Shown: positions 7,150 to 15,400, numbered from the stretch's first letter. The stretch is DNA of 20,069 nucleotides from Promethearchaeota archaeon (GCA_019057865.1 JAHLWP010000054.1:1-20069), one strand, 5' to 3'. The notes: generated by a model not told the origin, from the letters alone. Numbers and translations are program-made.

Positions 7150-9156
7150 ATGGAGAATAAAAGAAATACCCTCATTTTGGAACCAATATCTAAACGAATC
7201 AATGTTGTTGAAGGTTCAACTGTTTATGAATCGCTTTTAGCGTTAAATTTACCTATAGGTGCCCTATGTGCAGGTAAGGGAACATGTGGAAAATGCGTAA
7301 TTAGTGTTTTAGATCCTAATCCAAAAATTTCAGAACCATCAGAACAAGAAAAAAAAATATTAAACAATCAAAAAATATTAGAAGGTTATAGGTTAGCATG
7401 TCAAACTAAAATTTTAGGAGATTTAAGAGTATTTTTAACTGACTCATTAATTTCGAGAGGAATTAGAATTTTAGTAGATGCTGATTTAGAATCTCTCGGA
7501 ATAAAAAATAATGATAAAACTAACCCCGGAATTACTTCACTGCTTTGTAAGATCACCTCTGCGGATTTAGGTAATCCAAAAAATGATTTATCTAGATTAT
7601 TTGAGGACGTAATAGAAAGAAATAGTAATTATAAGATAAATGAAAATCACACCTTATTTCATGTAAATGATATTCTATATAACACTATTAAAAAATTACC
7701 ACATATTATGAGAAAAGAAGATGGTCTTGTTACAGCTTTTTTTAGAAAGCTCTCATTGGAAGATCCATGGACTCTTCATGATATTGATGTCGGAGATAAA
7801 AATAATAATCTTTTTGGATTAGCTATTGATATTGGAACTACTACTCTTGTTGGATATTTAATTTGTTTAAAAACAGGCGAAATTGCAGCGGTTTCTGCTA
7901 TGTTAAATCCTCAAGTGGCTATCGGTGAAGATATTATTTCAAGAATTACCTATATCGTAAAAAATAATGCAATTCATAAAGCAAAAGAATTGGTGATTAA
8001 TGCTTTAAATCATATACTTGAGGATTGTTGTGATAAGGCTCACATTTCTATTTCGTGTGTTAAAGATATTTCTGTTGTAGGAAATACAGGAATGCATCAC
8101 ATATTTTTTGGAATAACCCCAGAATTTTTAGCTGTTTCACCTTACATTCCAGTATTTAAAGCCCCAATTAATGTAAGTGCGGGTATGCTTGGAATAAAAT
8201 GTAATCCCAATGTAAATGTATATTCTCCTCCTGTTATTGCTGGCTACGTAGGAACAGACACAATTGGATGTATAATCTCATCTAAAATCAATACATACGA
8301 TAAATATTCTCTTTTAATTGATATTGGTACTAATGGTGAACTTGTGTTGGGAAATAATGAAGGATTAGTTACATGTTCATGTGCTGCTGGTTCGGCTTTG
8401 GAGGGTGCTCATATTTTATATGGTATGCGAGCTTCTGAAGGAGCAATAGAATCAGTCAAAATTGATAGAAATACTTTGGAACCTTCAATAGACGTAATAG
8501 GAAACATAAAACCACTTGGATTGTGTGGTTCAGGGCTCATTGACATGATAGCAGAAATGCTGAAATCAAATATCATCACGCGTGCGGGAAAATTTAATAT
8601 CAAATCAGAAAAAGTAATGAAACATCGTCGTGTTGTAAAAAGGGAAGATAAATACCATTATATTATATATAAAGCTGAATGGGATAATGAACAATATCAA
8701 AAAAATATTAATGATAATAACATTGAGGAAATCACCATTTCTCAGAAAGATATTCATCAGCTTCAACTAGCGAAAAGTGCATTTTTATCTGCAGCGAATT
8801 TATTACTTAAAATGGAACATAAAAAAAAAGAATCTCTTGAACAAGTTCTTTTAGCAGGAGCCTTTGGAACTTATATCAATAAAAAAAATGCCGCTTTTAT
8901 TGGTTTATTCCCTGAGGTTGAACAAAACTCCATTTTCCAGATTGGAAATTCAGCAGGAATGGGAGCACAATTATTTATAAAAGATATTGAGCAAAGATAT
9001 CTAGCAAATAAGATTGCCTATGAGATTAAGTATAGAGAAATTGCATCATTACCATCATTTCAAAAGGAATTCACTTTTTCTCTTTATTTTCCTCATTATA
9101 ATCTTGACAGATTCCCTCTAATAAAACAAGAATATGATGAAATTCCTTTAAAGTAA
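7150..9156 (+). CDS. ATP-dependent reductive activator of corrinoid proteins (RACo/AcsV type, ASKHA ATPase with N-terminal [2Fe-2S] ferredoxin)
   Basis: CAGKGTCGKC...RLACQ [2Fe-2S] domain, plus AIDIGTTT, GEDIISRI, VVGNTGMHH, IDIGTNGE, CAAGSALEG, GLCGSG, LAGAFG and GNSAG. Start reassigned to ATG 7150. Confidence 0.92.
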   Translation: MENKRNTLILEPISKRINVVEGSTVYESLLALNLPIGALCAGKGTCGKCVISVLDPNPKISEPSEQEKKILNNQKILEGYRLACQTKILGDLRVFLTDSLISRGIRILVDADLESLGIKNNDKTNPGITSLLCKITSADLGNPKNDLSRLFEDVIERNSNYKINENHTLFHVNDILYNTIKKLPHIMRKEDGLVTAFFRKLSLEDPWTLHDIDVGDKNNNLFGLAIDIGTTTLVGYLICLKTGEIAAVSAMLNPQVAIGEDIISRITYIVKNNAIHKAKELVINALNHILEDCCDKAHISISCVKDISVVGNTGMHHIFFGITPEFLAVSPYIPVFKAPINVSAGMLGIKCNPNVNVYSPPVIAGYVGTDTIGCIISSKINTYDKYSLLIDIGTNGELVLGNNEGLVTCSCAAGSALEGAHILYGMRASEGAIESVKIDRNTLEPSIDVIGNIKPLGLCGSGLIDMIAEMLKSNIITRAGKFNIKSEKVMKHRRVVKREDKYHYIIYKAEWDNEQYQKNINDNNIEEITISQKDIHQLQLAKSAFLSAANLLLKMEHKKKESLEQVLLAGAFGTYINKKNAAFIGLFPEVEQNSIFQIGNSAGMGAQLFIKDIEQRYLANKIAYEIKYREIASLPSFQKEFTFSLYFPHYNLDRFPLIKQEYDEIPLK

Positions 9157-9219
9157 GAATGCGAGAAAAAATTAATAAGATTATTTTTACGTTAGGAATT
9201 ATTTATTTACAATAGTAAA

Positions 9220-9230
9220 TTTTTTTTTTT
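9220..9230 (+). terminator. Possible archaeal oligo-T terminator after the corrinoid activator gene
   Basis: T11 run 64 bp downstream of the RACo stop, but only 8 bp before the next ATG, so its role is uncertain. Confidence 0.25.
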
Positions 9231-9238
9231 AAAAATCT

Positions 9239-11062
9239 ATGATAAAAACTGGAAAAGGTAAAATTTCGAAGAAAAAATCGGGTAACCGTGCATATGATAG
9301 TTATTGGGTTTATATCCCCAGTAAGATTGCTAAAGATAGCGCTTTTCCATTTAGAGATAAAGAAGAAGTCGTGATAGAATTAAAGGGTGAACACTTGGAA
9401 ATTCGAAAAATATATAACCTAAGTGACCTAACAAAAGTCTATGATATTGAGGATGCTACACTGCCAAAAATAATTGAAAGTAAAGCACTGATTAATAAAG
9501 ACAAACCATTTATTTATTATCGTGATGAGGTTTATACTTATGAAGAGGCAAATATAATTTCAAATCAGATAGCTAATGGACTTATAAAACAAATTAAAAA
9601 ATTAAAATTGAAAAATCCTCATATATCCTTGATATTTCCAAATAATCCAGAGGCTCTTTTTTGTTGGTTCGGCATTGTAAAAACTGGTAGCGTATTTGTA
9701 CCAATAAGTTACTTATTAAAAAAGAATTTACTGGAATATGTATTGAAAAATAGCGATTCAGAAATTTTAATTATCGATTATATATATCTTGCGAATGTTG
9801 AGGAGATTTACGAAAATTTACCCAAAATTAAGAAAATTTTTATCCAAAACGCACCAAATGATTATAAATACGAGGATAAATATGCTAGTTTTTCAGAAAT
9901 CTTTTCTGAAAATTTAGAGAAACCAAATATTCAAATGAACAGTTTCCATCCTCTCGAAATATCATATACATCAGGGACTACAGGAATACCAAAAGGAGTG
10001 TTGTATAGAAATTATTACACCTTGTCAGGAATTAGTGTAGGAAGACAGTTGGAAGATTTAGGATTTGGCAGTAATATTAATAAATTTTATTGTCCCTTGC
10101 CATTATTTCAAGGATTAGAACGATATTTCTTGATAATTCCAATAATGTATCATAATGGATCAATAATAATCGTAGAAAAATTTGATGTTTCAACTTTTTG
10201 GAGTGATATTGGAAAATATAAACCTGATGGATTTTGCTATTATGGAGCACACTTGGCAATGTTGGTAAATCAAACACCGTCAAAAATTGATAGAAACCAT
10301 TCGATTAAATATGCATTTGGAGCTGGAGCCTTAAAAAAGATATGGGAAACCTTCGAAAGAAGGTTTGGGATTCAAATAATTGAAATGTGGTCTCTTGTTG
10401 AGGGAATTGGTTTTACTATAAATAACGTAGGTTCCAAAGGAGGAAAACTAGGTTCTATCGGAAAGGCAGCACGGGGCGTTGAAATTAAAATTGTTGATTC
10501 AGAAGGAAAAGAACTTCCTCCTGGACGAGATCATATCGGTGAAATCTGTGCAAGAACAAGACTCCCCTTTGAACTTGAATACTATAACTTACAAGAAGAG
10601 ACAATAACAAGAAAAGGAGAAGATCGATGGGTTTACACGGGCGATTTTGGATATGCCGATCATGAAGGGTTCATATATTACTTAGGAAGGAAATCAGACA
10701 TGATTCATAGAGAAAAGGAGATATTTTTTTCGGGGGATATCGAAATAGTCGCAAATTCACATCCACTTATAGTCGAAAGCGCTGTTTTTGACGTTTTTGA
10801 TAGCAAATCCTCGGAAAAATATTTAAAAATTTGTGCTGTAATTCAAAAAGGAGCTTCGATTACCCATAAAGAATTTCACAATTTTCTAAAACAAAACCTG
10901 GCCTATTTTATGGTTCCAAGATATATAGAATTTAAAAAAGAATTACCAAAAAATGCAAACGAATTAATTCAGAAATTTATACTTAGAAAAGAATGGGAAT
11001 CAGGAAAATCATTAAAAAATAGCTACGATACGAGGAGTACTCTTGAAGAGAAGAAGAAGTAG
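9239..11062 (+). CDS. AbrB/MazE-like N-terminal domain fused to AMP-binding acyl-CoA ligase domain (CaiC-like, degenerate catalytic motifs)
   Basis: aa 1-57 SYWVYIPSKIAKDSAFPFRDKEEVVIELKGEHLEIRK fits a swapped-hairpin pattern. Ligase motifs YTSGTTGIPKG, WVYTGD, YLGRKSD and YFMVPRYIEF are present. The A10 motif reads PKNANEL. Confidence 0.85.
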   Translation: MIKTGKGKISKKKSGNRAYDSYWVYIPSKIAKDSAFPFRDKEEVVIELKGEHLEIRKIYNLSDLTKVYDIEDATLPKIIESKALINKDKPFIYYRDEVYTYEEANIISNQIANGLIKQIKKLKLKNPHISLIFPNNPEALFCWFGIVKTGSVFVPISYLLKKNLLEYVLKNSDSEILIIDYIYLANVEEIYENLPKIKKIFIQNAPNDYKYEDKYASFSEIFSENLEKPNIQMNSFHPLEISYTSGTTGIPKGVLYRNYYTLSGISVGRQLEDLGFGSNINKFYCPLPLFQGLERYFLIIPIMYHNGSIIIVEKFDVSTFWSDIGKYKPDGFCYYGAHLAMLVNQTPSKIDRNHSIKYAFGAGALKKIWETFERRFGIQIIEMWSLVEGIGFTINNVGSKGGKLGSIGKAARGVEIKIVDSEGKELPPGRDHIGEICARTRLPFELEYYNLQEETITRKGEDRWVYTGDFGYADHEGFIYYLGRKSDMIHREKEIFFSGDIEIVANSHPLIVESAVFDVFDSKSSEKYLKICAVIQKGASITHKEFHNFLKQNLAYFMVPRYIEFKKELPKNANELIQKFILRKEWESGKSLKNSYDTRSTLEEKKK

Positions 11063-11178
11063 AAGAAGGAGATTATAGATTATAATCTTTGTTTTTTGTT
11101 TCCCACTTATCCATGAAGAATTTTAACAAGGTTCTGTTTCAATGAGACTTTTTAAACATTATCAACTTGATATTTATT

Positions 11179-11724
11179 ATGGTAATTACGTTATTTGATC
11201 AACTTGATAAAAATCAATTAAAAGAACTACTAGTTAAATGTTGGATGACTCATGATGGCTCCTGGTTTTATAATTGCGCCCGTGAATTAGGTATTGATAC
11301 TGCTAACAAACTAAATAAAGCAGCTATTAAAACTCTTTCAGTAATTGAAATGCAGCGAGTAAAAAAGGCGATAGGAATGGAGAACATAAAAATCAAAACA
11401 TTTGAGCAGTTAAAAGATTTTATTACTAATGCTTTTAGCGTATTAAAAGCGGATTTTATGGACTTTGAATATACATTCCCTGAAAATAATCGGATACATT
11501 GGGAAATGAACCGATGTTTCGCCTACAAAGGAATGGAAATGATTGGACTCAACAAACAATATGAATGTGGCGTAATATACCGTGTTAGTTGCTGGTTGGA
11601 TGCTCTCGGTATAAACCATACAATTGAGCCTGAAATCGATAAATGCTTATTAAATTCTCATAAAAAATGTTATGGGGATATTATTCTGGATAACTTCCCT
11701 TCTAACATTTCGGTCAAATATTGA
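11179..11724 (+). CDS. DUF6125-like protein (V4R/ATC-hydrolase-like Cys-containing ligand-binding fold)
   Basis: KCWMTHDGSWF...GIDTANKLN N-terminal motif, followed by spaced Cys residues (RCF, YEC, KCL, KCY). ATG 11179 is preferred to TTG 11167. Confidence 0.65.
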   Translation: MVITLFDQLDKNQLKELLVKCWMTHDGSWFYNCARELGIDTANKLNKAAIKTLSVIEMQRVKKAIGMENIKIKTFEQLKDFITNAFSVLKADFMDFEYTFPENNRIHWEMNRCFAYKGMEMIGLNKQYECGVIYRVSCWLDALGINHTIEPEIDKCLLNSHKKCYGDIILDNFPSNISVKY

Positions 11725-11840
11725 TAAATTGGAATTGCAACCTTTCGCTTATTTGCATCACCTCAAAGTAAAAATGCGTTGATTATTAAGGTTTTCCGAT
11801 TTGTAAGCATATTCATGAAACGCATCAATAAACATTAGGA

Positions 11841-13784
11841 TTAAGACTTAATTTTGATGGAAACAGCTATGACTCCTTTCATTGAGCCCCCTCCCCCTCC
11901 AGGTGGTTTGAAGATAAAAGGATATGGAAAAAATCCCCCTTCATCATCATCTTTTTTATGTCCACACCAATCACAGATGTCTTGACCATTCGGAATTATT
12001 TTTCCACAGTAAGAGCATCTCGAATGACTCCTCTGAATTTGTTTCATAATCTTTTCTTTAATAAGTAATTTCTGTTCCTCATTTAATTCATTTAAAGGTA
12101 TATTCTTCATAGCTTCTAAACCTCTCCATCTTGATATATTAGGTATATAAACGTCTTTTCCTTCAAGTTTGTTTTTAATTACATGAATACAATCTAAAAT
12201 ATCTTTACCTATTTTTTCATCAACTTGGTTTAAGAGATTTTCTAATGTGGATTTCAAAGTATATAAAAATTGGGGGTTGTTGTATCTTGAATAAGGTCTA
12301 AAAGTGGGTATTTTTGGGTCTATTTGAATACTCGAAAATAAGATATTTTTACCCTCAGGAAGCTTTAGAATTTGTAATAAAATGTCTTCAAGCACTGTTG
12401 GAAACTTCGAAACGCAAGATCTTAAAAATTGAGACAATATTTTAAGTTCAGAGGAGATATTCTTAATTAGGTCAGGCGATTCCAAAATAGTTTTGAATTC
12501 TGAGGGACTAAAGACTTGTATATATCCTTGATTAAGAAGATACTGAACTACAGAAGGGTATCCGCTTTCGAGTCTTAAAGCAATTTCTTCTTTATATACT
12601 CTCCTTGCCTTGGGATCTCCTGCCTTTGTCAATTCTCTTAACAATGGAAATGAAATATTGCTCATTAGAATCCTTGTGTCGTAGTCATGCTCAACCCATG
12701 CTTGAATGTTTGAACAATGTCCCCAAAATTCCTGCTCTGGGGTAATATCATGTCTCTGATTTGGTACAGGTGCTGCCATGGGACCCCTTACGATTCTATT
12801 TTGGAATACATGTTTATTATACAATTTAGCTGCTTCATCTATAGAATCAACCTCATCGTATAAGGGTACATCCTCTCTTGGTATGTTTAAGATTAAACGG
12901 ATACACTGAATAAACCTCTTTCCGTTTACAAAAATAAAAGTTTTTCCATTCACCAATTTAAGAGTTATATATTGATTAATTTCTTTTTCAATTGTTGGAG
13001 TTGCTTTACCTATATTATATTGATTTATATTAACATTTAACCAATCAACACCAAAAGCATTCTTTTTAATAGGTTTTTTAGGTTTTTTTGAAATTTTATC
13101 TGGTTTTAATTTAATGAAAACAATTAATAAGATCAAACCGATTGTCCCTAAAATGATACAAATTATAATGCCAGCTATGCTTAGACTTTTCAAGATTGTT
13201 GGGTCTATCCCCTTATAACTTAATTCTATCCATGCTATATCGTTGTTACTTGAAGCACCTTCTTTTGAGTATCCTTGTATATATCCATCTCCCTCTCCCC
13301 CTCTTCCATATAAACAAACACTTACTCCATCGTTGATAATTTGGTCTGATCTTAAAGGAATTCTAAAATCAAAACCGTCACATAAAATATGACCTCTATA
13401 AACACTCTTATTCGGTTTATTGTTCCAGGTTATAGTCATTTCATCCCAACTCTCATAGGTAAGATTCGCTCCTACGTCTACAACACTTGAACCATAATCG
13501 AAATTTACTATAATATTTGCCTCTATCCACCTATTGGGAAGAGAAGAAATATTAAAGTAATAGAAAGCTTGCACCTTCCTGGCATAAAAATTCCCTACGC
13601 GGAGATAATTATCATTGCCATAATTATTATTTGGATCATTTTCATATACACTTGCATCTTTATTAATATTAATCGTTAATTCATATCCCCGAAAGTGAGC
13701 CGCTATTAAAAAAAGAGTAAACATGAAAATTATTAACAGAATTAATAATATGAATCCAATCCGTCTTTTAAGTTGATGATTCAT
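11841..13784 (-). CDS. Membrane protein: signal anchor, DNRLRE (CBM96-like) ectodomain, TM helix, Lokiarchaeal EFWGHCSN domain, Zn ribbon
   Basis: Hydrophobic aa 9-29; DASVYENDPNNNYG and WDEMTITWNNKP (DNRLRE hallmarks); second TM LSIAGIIICIILGTIGLILLIVFI followed by a Lys-rich stretch; INQYITLKL...SIDEAA...PEQEFWGHCSNIQAW...FPLLRELTKAGD; CSYC-x10-CDWC. Confidence 0.8.
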   Translation of the reverse strand: MNHQLKRRIGFILLILLIIFMFTLFLIAAHFRGYELTININKDASVYENDPNNNYGNDNYLRVGNFYARKVQAFYYFNISSLPNRWIEANIIVNFDYGSSVVDVGANLTYESWDEMTITWNNKPNKSVYRGHILCDGFDFRIPLRSDQIINDGVSVCLYGRGGEGDGYIQGYSKEGASSNNDIAWIELSYKGIDPTILKSLSIAGIIICIILGTIGLILLIVFIKLKPDKISKKPKKPIKKNAFGVDWLNVNINQYNIGKATPTIEKEINQYITLKLVNGKTFIFVNGKRFIQCIRLILNIPREDVPLYDEVDSIDEAAKLYNKHVFQNRIVRGPMAAPVPNQRHDITPEQEFWGHCSNIQAWVEHDYDTRILMSNISFPLLRELTKAGDPKARRVYKEEIALRLESGYPSVVQYLLNQGYIQVFSPSEFKTILESPDLIKNISSELKILSQFLRSCVSKFPTVLEDILLQILKLPEGKNILFSSIQIDPKIPTFRPYSRYNNPQFLYTLKSTLENLLNQVDEKIGKDILDCIHVIKNKLEGKDVYIPNISRWRGLEAMKNIPLNELNEEQKLLIKEKIMKQIQRSHSRCSYCGKIIPNGQDICDWCGHKKDDDEGGFFPYPFIFKPPGGGGGSMKGVIAVSIKIKS

Positions 13785-13932
13785 TTCTACTATCTTTTTA
13801 ATAATAATAATTTTTATGAATAAAATTTATAATAAATCTGCAATTTTTTTGTAAGACGTACAGTGAAGCAACAATACAGTGATGTAAGGCATCATTTGTT
13901 CATTAGGTACAATTGAATTTGACGACATCATC

Positions 13933-14184
13933 CTAAATCATCCATTTCTTATTCACTTTAGCCCATCCTTTAGCAGTATTAGTATATTCTCGCAATTTGG
14001 CACGTTTTTCTCCTAATTCATCTAATTCGGCAACGGTTAACACGGTTAAAGGATGTCCTTCATTTTGTTTTCTAAATTCTATTTCAAATTCTTGAAATCT
14101 TTTACTTGGAATTATGGGAAGACCCCACCCGCATTTAACACACACTAAATGTTTTATCTCATTTACATCTATAATGTAGATCAA
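13933..14184 (-). CDS. Small hypothetical protein with CxxC...GH possible Zn site
   Basis: 83 aa, TTG start, HLVCVKC and EGHPL; plausible amino-acid composition. Confidence 0.5.
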   Translation of the reverse strand: MIYIIDVNEIKHLVCVKCGWGLPIIPSKRFQEFEIEFRKQNEGHPLTVLTVAELDELGEKRAKLREYTNTAKGWAKVNKKWMI

Positions 14185-14291
14185 CTTTATTCAACTTCAT
14201 ATTAATTGAAATATATTTAATAATTTTACAACTCAATAATAATCATCATTTTTCTATTGATTTCTTCAAAATTGGTGATAATAAGGAGTTA

Positions 14292-14326
14292 CAATTACCG
14301 TACCAGTGATATTGATACGGTAATTG
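14292..14326. repeat. Inverted repeat / hairpin
   Basis: CAATTACCGTA (14292-14302) and TACGGTAATTG (14316-14326) are perfect 11-bp arms, extendable to 14 of 16 around a 3-nt loop. Confidence 0.75.
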
Positions 14327-14400
14327 ATTCGCCCTCCTCTTAATCTTCTTCTTCAATTATAAATCAACCCTCAACCCTGTCTACTGAAAAGTTTTTTAAG

Positions 14401-14440
14401 ATTGTATATCCTATATATTAAATGTATATCGTGTATATTA
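14401..14440. repeat. Tandem 20-bp direct repeat (possible operator pair)
   Basis: ATTGTATATCCTATATATTA and AATGTATATCGTGTATATTA, 17 of 20 identical, ending 57 bp upstream of the wHTH gene. Confidence 0.5.
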
Positions 14441-14497
14441 TATATACTTAAACATTTAAATCTTTGCTATCTTCAATAAATGTGATAGGGATATAAT

Positions 14498-14989
14498 ATG
14501 GAAGGAATGAGTTATACACGGCAAATTATTGAGCTCCTAAAAGATGATAAATTAACAAGTGATGAAATAGCTGATAAACTTGAAATAAGCAAACAAGATG
14601 CACGCACTTATCTCTTAAGATTGAAAAACGAAGATAAAGTGATGGTGATTGGTAAAAGAGGGCGATTTTATGTTTATACTCTTAAGGCATTGGAAGATAG
14701 CTTAAGAGAACCAAAAAAGGAGCATGTACTACTTGAATCTGTAGCTGATTTGAGTGAAAAATTTTATGAGGTATATAAAGATACAATAAAAATGAAAGAT
14801 GAATATATTGAATCCCTTGAAGAGTCTTTCAATTCAAAATTAGTATATATAGAAAGTCTACAGATTTCAAATGAAATTAAAAAAGAGTCAATAGTAAAAC
14901 TTGAAGAAGAAAATAATAGATTAAAAGCTGAGATAAAAGTACTTAAAAAAAAGATTCAAGAACTTACAGATCTGTTATCTGGAAAATAA
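14498..14989 (+). CDS. Winged helix-turn-helix protein with C-terminal coiled coil
   Basis: QIIELLKDDKLTSDEIADKLEISKQDARTYLLRLKNEDKV...GRFYVY (wHTH with wing) and a C-terminal leucine-zipper-like heptad LEEENNRLKAEIKVLKKKIQEL. Confidence 0.8.
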   Translation: MEGMSYTRQIIELLKDDKLTSDEIADKLEISKQDARTYLLRLKNEDKVMVIGKRGRFYVYTLKALEDSLREPKKEHVLLESVADLSEKFYEVYKDTIKMKDEYIESLEESFNSKLVYIESLQISNEIKKESIVKLEEENNRLKAEIKVLKKKIQELTDLLSGK

Positions 14990-15004
14990 AAATTAGTATG
15001 AATT

Positions 15005-15345
15005 TCATTCTTTTTCTTCTTTAATCTCTCTTTTTAAAACTCTTTTTAACTCTTTTTTGCTCTTTTGAATATCAGTATCCAATTCTTCTTCTGCGGAAAA
15101 CAAACTGTTTTCATATTCAATATCAAGCTCTGTCATTTTTTCTATGTATCCTTCATATAAATCATCAATAATTTTATTTAAATAAAAAAAAAAAAAAAAA
15201 ATTTTAGACCCTATTCTAATTCTATCTAAGAAAATTAAGTTCATCTTTTCCTGCCCGATAATTCTATATATCTTCAGAGGATTTTCGTGCTAAATCTTCT
15301 TTTAAACGACTATAGGTTTGTGATTCTTTAGGATTAGCAATCGTA
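15005..15345 (-). pseudogene. Probable decayed gene containing an A18/T18 tract
   Basis: The 3' part is protein-like (IIDDLYEGYIEKMTELDIEYE...). A homopolymer at 15184-15201 gives FFFFF. Upstream, another frame reads YTIANPKESQTYSRLKEDLARKSSEDI*NYRAGKDELNFLR* with several stops. Confidence 0.4.
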
Positions 15346-15400
15346 TATTGAAAAACAAAAGATATAATATTTTTAAAAGCTTAATCAAATATGATAAAAA

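Noticed and set aside
5511-10283. Minus-strand ORFs 5511-5783, 6538-6720, 8409-8603 and 10077-10283
   Set aside because: Antisense shadows of strongly supported + strand genes.
13859-13882. TACAGTGA direct repeat as an attachment or target-site duplication
   Set aside because: Only 8 bp, the copies are 16 bp apart, and no matching copy was seen at the other side of the putative island.
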